From positions 384,001 to 448,000 of the forward strand of contig CAVSHB010000003.1 in assembly GCA_963727775.1 (NCBI GenBank): DNA of 64,000 nucleotides, read 5' to 3'. Below the pieces are notes generated by a model that had not been told where the DNA came from, did not search any database, and saw only the letters and a list, made by a program, of their open reading frames with translations. The first letter of the stretch is position 1, and each line of letters begins with the position of its first letter. Both the position numbers and the translations under genes were made by a program. The stretch comes from an uncultured Nitrospiraceae bacterium (GTDB lineage: Bacteria; Nitrospirota; Thermodesulfovibrionia; Thermodesulfovibrionales; SM23-35). Positions 41,672-53,200 of the stretch are shown here, piece by piece.

Positions 41672-42218
41672 CGCCTGCTCCAGCGTCGCCTCCGGGAATC
41701 TTCATTTTTTCAAGTTCCGGAACGAGCCTTATTGTTATCTTAACCTTACCTTTCTCTTTAAGCCAGTAATGAACATCCAACACATCGCTGACAGCATATG
41801 TAGTGGGCAGGTAAAGGGGCCTGACCTCATAACCAACTATATTTCCTTTATGATCAGTGATCTTACTAAGCTGCGTCCTCCAGAAGGAATTATGAAAGTT
41901 GACGAACTTCTCTGCCCGTTTCAATGCTTCTTGTGCAGGTACTCCCTTAATGATTCTGAAATCAAAATCGGGTGCAAAAGGCTCAAATGTATACTGGTCC
42001 CCTTCATAATCAAGAAAGGCAATAGTTTCTAAGTCATCTGAATAACCTCCACCATAAAGTATTAGAGTGAAGGTACCGGTGACCTCAGATGCTTTCGCGG
42101 CTTCTGTCTTTAACGGTTTTTCAAAGGCGAAAGCATAAGGCAGTGACAAAATGAGAACCGTAGCGGATAGGACGACTGTTAAAGCATAACGCAATATCTT
42201 ATTGTGTAAAAGTTTCAT
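41661..42218 (-). CDS. Hypothetical exported protein
   Basis: RBS GGGAGG, signal peptide ending AFA; overlaps bioB start. Confidence 0.7.
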   Translation of the reverse strand: MKLLHNKILRYALTVVLSATVLILSLPYAFAFEKPLKTEAAKASEVTGTFTLILYGGGYSDDLETIAFLDYEGDQYTFEPFAPDFDFRIIKGVPAQEALKRAEKFVNFHNSFWRTQLSKITDHKGNIVGYEVRPLYLPTTYAVSDVLDVHYWLKEKGKVKITIRLVPELEKMKIPGGDAGAGGGH

Positions 42219-42322
42219 AGTGACCTCCCTATTCCCCTGTAGTATGTGCATTTAAATAAACATAGCATCAATATTAATAGTTTGTAAATGAAGGCTTTTT
42301 CAAAGTCGTGATATAATTTTCT

Positions 42323-42979
42323 ATGGCGATTAAGCTTGTGATGTTTGATCTTGACGGTACCCTGGTCGATACGAGCAGGGATATAACGAATGCTTTGAAT
42401 TATGCATTGAATTCAAGCGGGCTTCAAAGTGTTACTGTAGGGGATACAATAAGGATGGTTGGTGAAGGCGTTACAAGGCTTATAGAAAAAGTTCTTGGAA
42501 AAGAGAAGATCCATGCCAAAGCAAAGGTAATCAAGACGTTTCTTGAATATTACTCGGCGCATCTGACAGACTATTCCAGTGTATACCCTTATGTGAAGGA
42601 GACGCTGGAGATACTCAGCGGGGTCAGGAAAGCAGTAATATCCAATAAAAGAGAGGACCTTTCAAGGAATCTCCTCAATAAACTGGACCTCCTGAAATAT
42701 TTTGAGATTGTCGCCGGCGGAGACACTACTGCTGAAAAAAAACCCTCCGCTATGCCGATCATGTATATACTCGATAAACTCGCGGTTAGGGAACAAGAAG
42801 CAATAATGGTAGGCGACACCAACTATGATATTGATGCAGGCAAAAAGGCAGGGGTAAAAACAGTAGCTGTTACCTATGGTTTCCGGGAAAAAAAATATCT
42901 TGTAGGTGCGGATTATATGGTAGACAGCATGAAAGATATTCTGGGTATTCTTGACATTGATTATTCTAAATTCATATAA
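42323..42979 (+). CDS. gph: HAD phosphatase (phosphoglycolate phosphatase-like)
   Basis: FDLDGTLVDT, SNK, KKP, MVGD...DI.AG. Confidence 0.85.
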   Translation: MAIKLVMFDLDGTLVDTSRDITNALNYALNSSGLQSVTVGDTIRMVGEGVTRLIEKVLGKEKIHAKAKVIKTFLEYYSAHLTDYSSVYPYVKETLEILSGVRKAVISNKREDLSRNLLNKLDLLKYFEIVAGGDTTAEKKPSAMPIMYILDKLAVREQEAIMVGDTNYDIDAGKKAGVKTVAVTYGFREKKYLVGADYMVDSMKDILGILDIDYSKFI

Positions 42980-43031
42980 TTTCAATTCGAGCTAATTCCG
43001 GAAATATCCATAATTGGATAAGTTTTTATTT

Positions 43032-43105
<74 letters not shown>

Positions 43106-43119
43106 CTGGAGAAAAAAGT

Positions 43120-43196
43120 GGTGAGTGTAGCTCAATGGTTAGAGCACTGGACTGTGGCTCCAGTGGTTGGGGGTTCGAGTCCCCTCACTCACCCCA
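43120..43196 (+). tRNA. tRNA-His(GTG)
   Basis: G-1, GTGAGTG/CACTCAC stem, loop CTGTGGC, CCA encoded. Confidence 0.96.
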
Positions 43197-43319
43197 GATA
43201 AATTTTGCTTGGCGAAATTTGCAGTTAAGAGGTTGCTAAGTAAAGTTATAAATTAATGGATGAAATTATAATCATTAAGTCCTTAAATCTTAATTTTCAA
43301 GTTTTAACTTTTGTAACAT

Positions 43320-43393
43320 GCGCCTGTAGCTCAGTGGATTAGAGCATCGGCCTCCGGAGCCGAGGGTCGGAGGTTCGAATCCTCTCAGGCGCG
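43320..43393 (+). tRNA. tRNA-Arg(CCG)
   Basis: GCGCCTG/CAGGCGC stem, loop CTCCGGA; CCA not encoded. Confidence 0.96.
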
Positions 43394-43407
43394 CTTTCAT
43401 AGCATGT

Positions 43408-43483
<76 letters not shown>

Positions 43484-43505
43484 TTTAAAATCAAGGGGTT
43501 ACGCA

Positions 43506-44345
43506 TTACGTGTTTCCCCCGTTTTCAAGTGAACTGTCACCCTGTCTGTCTTTTTTCCCCAGATCGGTCAACCTCTCGATAGCCTCCTTTTCAAACTCCT
43601 CGGGAATCTGCACGTAGTATTTCATTGTCGTTTCAATATTGCTATGACCCATCCATTTCTGAAGAGTCTTGGGAGGTACCGCCGCCATAGCACATCTTGT
43701 TCCAAACGTCCTTCTCAAATCATGAATCCGTGCGTCTTCGATACCAGCACGCTTGCACGCACTCTTGTAGGCCCGCTTAAAGTCTCGGGGCGGTTTCATA
43801 CCTTTACCAAATATATACCCTGCTTTCCCGGTTCGCGCCTTCACGCGTCTTTCGAAAATTTCTCGTGCCCTCTTGTTCACGGGCACGAACCTAGTTTTGC
43901 CGCCCTTTCCCAAAAGTCGCAGCATACCAGTTTCAAAATTGATATCTGCGACTCGAATGTTTAAAAGCTCTTTTTTCCTCGGCCCACAGTTCAACGTAAT
44001 CTCGATCTTATCCTGCAAATCGATAGCCTCTGTTTCGGTCAGCCCGGTGGCCTTTTTCGGGATCTTTGGCGTTTCATCCGGGTAAAATTCTTCTATCGTG
44101 ATGCGGTTAAGTCTTATCAAGTCGACCTTCTCCCCTGTTTCTTCATATTTTTTTCTGAGTGCTTTGAGGCGTCTTGTAGGTTCTACCTTGCCACTGTACA
44201 TTTTGATGACTTTATCATATAGGTGAACTCCCAATAAGATGTTATTCAGCCACTCTATGGTATTTGTACTATGAGTCTCTGGTCCAAACCCACCGCTCAA
44301 CAGAGCCTGACAGATCTTTTCAATACTATGTTTCTTCAAATTCAT
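43506..44345 (-). CDS. Tyrosine integrase, catalytic half preceded by an inserted ~110-aa domain
   Basis: GPRKKEL (R), GKGGKTR (K), IHDLRRT (HxxR), MGHS (H), TMKYY (Y). Confidence 0.85.
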   Translation of the reverse strand: MNLKKHSIEKICQALLSGGFGPETHSTNTIEWLNNILLGVHLYDKVIKMYSGKVEPTRRLKALRKKYEETGEKVDLIRLNRITIEEFYPDETPKIPKKATGLTETEAIDLQDKIEITLNCGPRKKELLNIRVADINFETGMLRLLGKGGKTRFVPVNKRAREIFERRVKARTGKAGYIFGKGMKPPRDFKRAYKSACKRAGIEDARIHDLRRTFGTRCAMAAVPPKTLQKWMGHSNIETTMKYYVQIPEEFEKEAIERLTDLGKKDRQGDSSLENGGNT

Positions 44346-44946
44346 CCTCTCGAAATTCTCCAGAGCCCCTCTTGCATTCGCTGAGAAGTCTGTCGATTTC
44401 GGCCGTCGTGAAAATGCGTAAGCGTGCCTCTTCTTTTTTCAGCTTCATTTTCTCTCCATTATTTTGAGCCTTGCACGGATTCGAGCCTTTTCTGCGAAAT
44501 CCCCAGCTCTCAGCTTTCGTAAAAATGCCTTTGAGGACTGCAAACTCCCTATTTGCCATATATACCGAAACCTGGCCGTATCGACGAGTCAAATAGTTGT
44601 CGACATTCAGACGTTCAACCGCTTCCATAGATATTTGACCGAATTCGGCAACAAGCTTTTTGCATATGCTTTTGTAATCAAATTGTGTTTTTTCCCGCAA
44701 TGACTTAGCATGCTTTGGAAGGTAGTACTCGTTCACGAATTCGCCAAAAGCGGCCTGCTTAATTTTTCGTTCAGGGAATATTTTCCATTCGCGAATTTGC
44801 TCTTTGAGTTTTGCCTCATACTCGCGGGCAAGAGTCTTACGAGTAGTGCCGCAAGTGAAATACTGCATTTTACCGAACTCATTTCTCAAACGCACATCAA
44901 ATATCCCTGTCTTTTTCCCATTTTTGTCTCTTCGCTCTACTATCAT
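44326..44946 (-). CDS. Tyrosine integrase, N-terminal arm/core-binding half (different frame)
   Basis: ANREFAVLKGIFTKAESWG..NPC, RLRIFTTAEIDRLLSEC; overlaps the catalytic ORF by 20 nt. Confidence 0.8.
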   Translation of the reverse strand: MIVERRDKNGKKTGIFDVRLRNEFGKMQYFTCGTTRKTLAREYEAKLKEQIREWKIFPERKIKQAAFGEFVNEYYLPKHAKSLREKTQFDYKSICKKLVAEFGQISMEAVERLNVDNYLTRRYGQVSVYMANREFAVLKGIFTKAESWGFRRKGSNPCKAQNNGEKMKLKKEEARLRIFTTAEIDRLLSECKRGSGEFREDEFEET

Positions 44947-44949
44947 TTA

Positions 44950-45156
44950 CTAATTGAACCCGCCGGCTTCTTCAATCGCAACAACGTAAGATAATGGAAA
45001 ACGCACAATTCGGCCGAGTTTGAGCGGTTTTAGTTTCCCTTTCATAACATGAACCCGTAAGGTATGTACTGGCATCTGCCATCTATGGGAAAGATCCCCG
45101 TATGTTAGGTGAGGCTCACTTGCGGCCACTATTTTTGTGTCAGTTCTAATATCCAT
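44950..45156 (-). CDS. Excisionase-like HTH protein
   Basis: LTY.DLS.RW....TLR..V.KGKLKPLKLGRIVRF; directly upstream of integrase. Confidence 0.8.
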   Translation of the reverse strand: MDIRTDTKIVAASEPHLTYGDLSHRWQMPVHTLRVHVMKGKLKPLKLGRIVRFPLSYVVAIEEAGGFN

Positions 45157-45296
45157 AAAGACTCCTTAAGTGTGTTTAATTAATCTAAGTTAACATAGCT
45201 GAACCCTCTATGTCAAGCGAGTTTAATTTAACACTATAATAAATCTTGAGTTATGGATTAAAACATGTTAACTTAAACTGAATTGACGAGATCGAT

Positions 45297-46205
45297 ATGG
45301 TTATTAACTATGAAAACATAATGAGAAACTTGAAACGTATTCGCAGAGACAAGAAATTATCTCAGCAGAATGTGGCTCAAAGATTAGGTGTGACTAAGGC
45401 TACAATAAGCTTGATTGAGTCTGGTAAGCTGTTTCCTTCTTTTGATATCATCAGCAATATTCCAGCTGCACTTGGGTGCCACACTATTGAGATACATGCT
45501 TTCGATCCTGAAACAGTAAATGCCTTTGAAAGTGTAATCGGAAGAGTACAGGACAGCTATGAGGTTGTGCTACCGCATGAGCATATATTGTCAGCAATTG
45601 CTAAGCATATTGGCGATATTCAAAGCCTTGGCAATAGATCTATGTATATCTATTTCAGAATCGAGTTCTTGAATAGGATACTGAAATTTTTTTCTTGGTT
45701 AAGTCAAGAGACTATTGAACGAATATTCGCCAAAGAAAGACCTGTTGCGAGGGACATTGCAATTTTCTTGGATTCGCTGCCGGATAATATCCTTAAAGAG
45801 GCCATTGGCAATAGAAAACTATCTGCATCGAAAACAGATGAAAACACCGGTAAAATGCTATTGAATTATATCAAAGATGAAAAATGCCTAGATTTGGAAG
45901 AGTCTCCCCCCTTGGAAGGTAACTACATTGCACCTATAATAGGAACCTATCTGGGTTTTGAGATACTTCCTAAGAATAGGCTGGAGCGATATTTAGATTT
46001 AATCACAGACATCCTCCGCAATAGGCCCGATCTTCTGCCATTGTTATACGTCACTATCAAGAAATTAAGCGAGGCACCTCGCATAGATAATCAGGACATG
46101 AATGATCTTAGGCACTATAAAGAATTGCCGGGAGACAAAATGTTTTTCGAAAGCAGGGTTGGAATTTATAAGACCATTGAGATCGACCCTCTTCCAGAGA
46201 ATTAG
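45297..46205 (+). CDS. XRE-family HTH regulator with unknown C-terminal region
   Basis: LKRIRRDKKLSQQNVAQRLGVTKATISLIESG; divergent from xis. Confidence 0.85.
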   Translation: MVINYENIMRNLKRIRRDKKLSQQNVAQRLGVTKATISLIESGKLFPSFDIISNIPAALGCHTIEIHAFDPETVNAFESVIGRVQDSYEVVLPHEHILSAIAKHIGDIQSLGNRSMYIYFRIEFLNRILKFFSWLSQETIERIFAKERPVARDIAIFLDSLPDNILKEAIGNRKLSASKTDENTGKMLLNYIKDEKCLDLEESPPLEGNYIAPIIGTYLGFEILPKNRLERYLDLITDILRNRPDLLPLLYVTIKKLSEAPRIDNQDMNDLRHYKELPGDKMFFESRVGIYKTIEIDPLPEN

Positions 46206-46611
46206 CCAACTCCGTGCCCTGAAGGCCCTTCGCTTCCTAATGATATATGGAAATTCCGAAGTAGTTCGGACACTACCAAGACCGTTTTAGATGTCGTAGT
46301 TATCTTGTGGCATGGCAGAGAATCACAATTAGCCCTAAACACAGAAGTTCACCTGACGAACCCTCACTCTCATGGAACAGAAACTTTATAATTGCATTGG
46401 AATAAAACACCATCGGAAAAACCTGAGGGCGTGTAGTACAGCCACAAAGTGTTAAAAATAGATCAACTTGAGGATTCAAGATTTCTTCCTGCTACTCCGC
46501 ACACTCGATATTTTCCAGAAGATGCGAAGTACCGCATACAAAGAGTGAGCATCGTGGCATGATGAATCTGGTTATTACCGATGGAAACGATTATATAACG
46601 AACGTCTTATG

Positions 46612-47142
46612 TCATTCTGCCTCAAATGCCACGTTCACCCAATAGTTTGCGGATTGGTAAGTATTGACCGTGAAACCGACAGGTCCGAACAAATAGACAC
46701 TATTGCTGCCGTCCTCTCCATTAGCCAGGAAGCAAAGCGCTCCGTTGTTCACAGCTGTTGCGAAATACCCTACCGTATAGACAAATATGTTCGTGTGGTA
46801 AGAAGCAATGTATGTGGTATTGGCAGTGACAGATACAGGAGTTGCGAAATCCACCTGCTGCCATCCTCCTGAGGTCTCATTGGTGAATGTAGCTGACGCA
46901 AGAAGATTGCCACTTCTATCCCATAAATGAGCGCTATGCGTGCCGGTTGTCAACATTGACTTTATAGAACCGAATGCCCGTAACAATGCCGCTGAGACCG
47001 AAGCCCCGAACTTAACGCTAACACCAAGCTCAACCTTATTGCATGCTGTACTGGTCTGATACTGGGGCGCTAAATTGCCCCACATTGTGTAGGAAGGCGC
47101 GGGGGATACGATTGTTACGGTAAGAGCGGACGAAGGAGTCAA
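46612..47142 (-). pseudogene. Degenerate DUF4082 domain fragment
   Basis: VELGV.VKF, GTH..HLW..SGNLLASATFTNETSGGWQQV.F, YIASYHT, NYWV.V.F; GIVTGIRFYK segment is in another frame. Confidence 0.75.
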
Positions 47143-47244
47143 CCTTGATGGCCTCTCACAGAGTCAGAATAAACCAATGGATGCATTAGATCCCGCAGGA
47201 TGGGTTTCGCGTCTGAATTTCTCTCTGAAGCCGTTCAATTATAA

Positions 47245-50200
47245 TTAATGAATATGGTTCACGGTACCAGTAACTATCGTGTACGACGCGTTTGGAGTGG
47301 CATCGTTAAAATGGAAAGTGTAACTCACAGGCAAAAGTTGCATATCCTGAGTGAATGTTCGCCAAGAACCCGCGTAGTATTGAATACAACTGCCACTGTC
47401 GGAATGAACATCACCCGTCTGGAAGACGACCGTTGAATTAGTGGCGACGTTCTGAGATACCTGCTGCGTGGCTCCCCCATAGGTCATGCTGAAGCTGTAA
47501 GTGAGCGGCAATAGCTCCTTTGTAACTAAACCGCCTGAAGTATTGCCGATATTTAGCCACGATCCCGCATAGTACTGCACCGTGCCCGTATCCATCAGAT
47601 TGTTGGCGCTATTCAGGAGTTCTACCGTAACTTTCGTGGTCTGGAAGACGACTGTTGAATTAGTGGCGATATTCTGAGATACCTGCTGCGTGGCTCCCCC
47701 ATAGGTCATGCTGAAGCTGTAGGTCTGCGGCAACAGCTCCTTGGTAACCACGCCGCCTGATGTGCTACCAATATTTATCCACGATCCCGCATAGTACTGC
47801 GCCGTACCCGTATCCATCAGATTGTTGGCGTTATTCAGGAGTTCCACCGTTACCTTCGTCGTCTGGAAGACAACTGTTGAATTAGTCGCGATGTTCTGGG
47901 ACACCTGCTGCATGGCTCCTCCATATGTCATACTGAAGCTGTAAGTGAGCGGCAACAGCTCCTTTGTAACTAGGCCACCCGAGGTGCTGCCTATATTTAG
48001 CCACGATCCGGCATAGTACTGGACCGTACCGGTATCCATCAGATTGTTGGCGCTATTCAGAAGCTCCACCGTGACCTTCGTAGTCTGGAAAACGACTGTT
48101 GAATTAGTGGAGACGTTCTGAGATTTCTGCTGGGTCGCTCCCCCATAGGTCATACTGAAGCTGTAGGTAGTGAGAGACGACAACACTTGAGTAACCCGAC
48201 CAGTTGCGTCCGTCGTTCCAAAGGCTTTCCAGCTCCCAGAGTAATACTGTACTACGCCGCCGCTAAGCGGATTGCCCTGGCTATCCATAAGCTGAACGGT
48301 TACCGCATTGGGGTTTCTTGTAAAGGTCACAGTGACGGTTTGAGCAGCAGTGATGTTCGGTATAGTCCAAGTGCTGCCCGACAGGGTGCCCTGAGAAACG
48401 CTAGCCGTATAGCCGGTGTTCGTAGTAACCGTAAAGGTGGCCGTCCCTCCGTAACTGACGGACTGGCTTGATGGGGTCACCGTGCCGCCCGTTGGATCAC
48501 CCCCAACCGCAGCCGTAACTGTGTAGGTGCCGGTAACAAATGAAGCTGATACCGTACAGCCCAGTGTGATCGGTCCCGTCGTGTAGGTGCTGCCGGAAAG
48601 CGTTCCTCCACATCCGCTTACCGCCGCTATTTGGTAGCCTAGGTTCGGGGTAACTGTAAACGCTGTGGTAGCATTGTAATTCACAGTCTGCGGTGTGTTC
48701 GGACTTATGCTCCCATTGCTCCCTGCAGACGGCGTAACAGTGTAAGTATTAATCGCAGAGCTTGCACTGATGGTGTGATTCGCTGTCACATAGCTGAAAG
48801 TGTAATTCGCAACCGCTCCCACAGATGCGCCATCTACGAGCACGCTTGAAATATGATATCCGGTATTCGGTGTAATCGTAAAAGCCTGATTAGCACCGTA
48901 GACAACTGACACAGGTCCCGAAGGTGAGATACTCCCGTTTGCGTCTGAAGACGCGGTGATGACATACGCATTGACCGTAAGGCTTGCCGTTGCCGTCTTG
49001 CCACTGTACGTGCCAGTCACTGTGTGTGCCCCTGCCATGGTCGCCGTGCAGGTGGCTCCCGTGCATGAACTATCCGGCGAGATCGAGAAAACCGTCGAAC
49101 CCGTTACGTCCCCAAGGCTGTTGCCGTATTGATCGAATGCCTGGGCTGTGTAACTCTGGGTGCCTCCTGAATTTATCGTTGCGGTTGCAGGACTAATCGA
49201 GATGTGATCCAAAGCACCGGGTTGCACCGCAATGCTTCCGCTCGTGCCATTTATCGCCGGCATTGCACTGTCCGTTGCGGTTACAGTTTGACTGCCTGTC
49301 GTCTTTAACGTCGTCTCAGCGCTGAATGTGTGGCTGCCATTGTCTACAGGCTGGAACACATAGTTCACAGGCACTACCGCCTGCGCATCGGTGCTCGTGA
49401 ACTGCACCGAGCCTCCATAAACGGTAACGGTATTGCCATAGGCGTCCTTAGCGGTAGCTGTTATATCGAAGGCTACCCCCGCTGTTGCACTGGCAGGTGC
49501 CGTCACGCTGAACTTCGTAGCTACATTGGGACTTACCGCAATGCTTCCGCTCGTCCCGGTAACCGAAGAGATGACCGTGTCTATCCCGGTCACTGTCTGC
49601 GTACCAGATGTCTCAAGAACCACACCGGAGGCAAAGATATGGCTGCCATTGTCACTGGACTGAAAGACGTAATCGCCGGGCAACACGACACCGGCGTGCA
49701 AGTCCGTGCTCGTAAAGTGCACCGTCCCAAGGTAGTCGGCTACTATGTTATTGTAGTTATCTTTCGCCGTTACCGTAAGATCGAAGGCTTTCCCCGCCGT
49801 TGCTATGACCGGTGCAGTTAAACTAAAGGCAACCACAGCACCGGGATTGATTGTAAGACTGCTTGTAGCAGTGACGCCGCCATTGGTACCCGTAACCGTG
49901 TGTGCCCCAGCCACTGTTGCCGTGCAGGTGGAACCCGTGCATGAACCATCCGGGCTAATTGTGAAAATCGTTGAGGCGGTTACATCACCCAGACTGTTTC
50001 TATATGTATCAGAACCCTGCGCGGTATAGCTTTCGCTCGCTCCCGCAGAGATCGTTGCAGTCGCAGGGCTAATCGTCATGGAGCTAAGAGCTCCCGCATT
50101 CACGGTGAGGCTTGCCGTTGCCGTCTTGCCACTGTAGGTGCCTGTAACCGTATGTGCCCCTGCCATGGTCGCCGTACAGGTGGAACCCGTGCATGAACCG

Positions 50201-53200
50201 TCAGGACTGATCGTAAAGGTCGTCGAGCCGGTCACGTCCCCCAGGCTGTTGTTGGACACATCAAAGCCCGTTGCCGTATAACTCTGGCTGCCCCTTGGAC
50301 CAATCGTGGCCATTGCGGGGCTGATTACGATGTGATCAAGGACGGACGTCATGGTTACGATATTTACAGTGGTACCTGCCGAGGGACTTTCTACGTTACC
50401 AGTGTTATCCACTGCGCTGCTCATGATGGTAAAAGGCCCCGTCTGCGTCGGCGTCCAGGTGTAAGACCAGCTAGTTGTTCCTGTTGCTGCCTGCCATGTC
50501 ATTCCTCCATCTGTTGACACCTTAACCTGTGTGACGACTCCCCCCCCTGTATCTGCGGCAGTGCCCGTGATTCTCAATGGACTGCTTACCGGCAGTGTAG
50601 CCCCGCTTTGAGGTGACGTTATATCAGATACCGGCACCGTCTTACTAGGAGAAATCGTATTAATATTGAACGTGGCTATGACATAACTTGGTGCATCTAT
50701 TGTTACTGTGCATGTGCCTGTCCCCGAGCATCCCCCACCTGACCACCCAGCAAAAGCTGAATTAGCACCAGGTGCCGCCGTTAGGGTAACCAGTGTGCTT
50801 GAATTAAAGGACCCGACACATGCCGCGCCACAATTTATGCCGGATGGGTTACTGGTCACCGCGCCTGTACCCGTACCCATATTTGTAACTGCCAGCATAT
50901 ACTCCTGCGAACCGGTACATACACCCCCACCTGAAACATTTGTGCCTGCTGCAACTGCGCTACTTGCTTGTGGAGTAACGGAGGTGTCAACTCCTATCAC
51001 GCTGGTATTAGTTACAGTCGCATTCGTAGCAAACCCTGATATATTTGTGCCCCCTATTAGCCCCGCCGTACAGCCGGACATATTTCCATATAAGTCAACC
51101 TTTAAAACATCTATATTCGTAAAACCTAGGGCCGAGGAATTGGTATCCCCCGCGACGATGTATCCACCATCGGCAGTCAGCTGGGCAGAAATAGGCCATA
51201 TATAACCTGCCCCGCCATAGATATTCTGCCAAGTGCCGGGGAAACCCGGACCGACATTACCGCTACTGGCAAGTTTCATGAGCAATAAGTTATCACCACC
51301 GTTGCCAAATGACTCGGTATCAATTGCAACAACGTATCCACCATCTGTGGTCTGACGGATGGAATTCGCGGCATCATAAGTTGCACCGCCATAGGTATTC
51401 TGCCATGCAATAGTCCCGTCAGTATTGAGCTTAATTACCCAGGCAGTGGTATTGCCTGCACCAAATGAATCGGTATATCCAGATGTTATATACCCCCCGT
51501 CTGCCGTCTGCTGGATGGAATTGGCCCAATCACAATTTGCACCGCCATAGGTCTTCTGCCATGCGATAGTCCCATCCGCATTGAGCTTAATTATCCAGGC
51601 ATTGCAATTGCCTACACCAAATGAATTCGTCCCACCAGCTACAATATATCCTCCGTCCGTCGTCTGTTGGATAGAATTGGCCCAATCATAATTTGCACCG
51701 CCATAGGTTTTCTGCCATACGATAGTCCCGTCCGCATTGAGTTTCATTACCCACACATCGCCATTACCTGCACCAAACGAACTGGTTCCACCACCTACAA
51801 TATACCCCCCGTCTGTGGTCTGCTGGATAGATTGCGCTTCGTCATAAATCGTGCCGCCATAGGTATTCTGCCATGCAATAGTCCCGTCCGCATTGAGCTT
51901 TATTACCCACGCATTGCCATTGCCAGCACCAAATGAATCGGTATATCCGGATGCTATATACCCTCCGTCTGTGGTCTGCTGGATGGAATCGAACCACTCA
52001 TCGCCAGGGCTGCCATAGGTTTTCTGCCACTGCACAAACCCAGTTGAATCAAGTTTCATTACCCATGCATCCAAACCCCCTGCACCAAATGAATTGGTAT
52101 TTCCAGCCACAATATATCCCCCGTCCGTCGTCCGCTGGATGACACTGACACTCTCATTATCTGCCGCGCTGCCATAGGTCTTTGCCCATGTGCTCTGGGC
52201 ACCTGAAGAATTTGACAGTGGAACACTTGTCGTCGGGTTAACGGGATCATTTGAACTTATCGTAAATGTTGAATTGAAGATACCCGTTGATTGAGGGCTG
52301 AACGTCACGGTTACTGTGCAACTGGCGCTCGGCGAAAGAGTAGCCGTTGCGCTTCCGCATGGATTTGATCCGCCATTTATATTTAAGGCATAATTTACAC
52401 TATCCGATAATGTCATGCTTGTGATGTTCAAGTTCGCCGCGCCACTATTGGAAATAGCTATTGTCACAGGCAATGAAGTTCCCACCGGTGCATTTCCAAA
52501 GTTGAAGCTTGCGGGAGATACTGATATTTGAGGCTGAATCGGCATAAATACCGCGGTAACATTTGCGCCATTATTCATTGTTATTGCACACGTTCCTGAA
52601 CCGCTGCACACACCTCCTGACCATCCTACGAATACTGACCCGGCATCTGGAGTTGCCGTCAGCGCTACGGTCATATTGTTTCCATAGTAATATGTGCAGA
52701 TAGATCCGCAGTCCATGCCAGAGGGAGAACTCGTTATAGTTCCACTTCCTGAGCCGGACTTCGTCACTGTTACAGGAACTTTCTGATTAAACGTAGCGGT
52801 GAGGCTTGTATCAGCATTCATTGTGACTGTGCATGTATCCGTACCACTGCAACCCCCGCCCGACCATCCTGCAAAGGTGGATATCAAATCCGCCACAGCT
52901 GTCAGTGTCACATGCTGACCCTGAAGATACAATGATGAGCAGGTGCTGCCGCAATTTATTCCTGACGGATTACTTGTTATGGTTCCAGTTCCGAGACCGG
53001 GCTCGTTTAAGGTTAAGGTATAAGTTTGATTAGATGTGGACACGTTAGTACTGTTTCCATTGATTCTTAAAACCAGCACATCGCCTGCATCCCCGTTAGA
53101 CCTTTCGCCAACAACCACTATTTTCCCGTCAGGCTGCAGGGCCATCCCCTTACCCGAATCTCCTCCAGATACCGCGTCATTATAGGTTATGATTCCGTTT

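Noticed and set aside
47400..48300. Regular repeats as a CRISPR array or DGR template
   Set aside because: In-frame 222-bp coding repeats with no unique spacers; no cas or reverse transcriptase gene in the window
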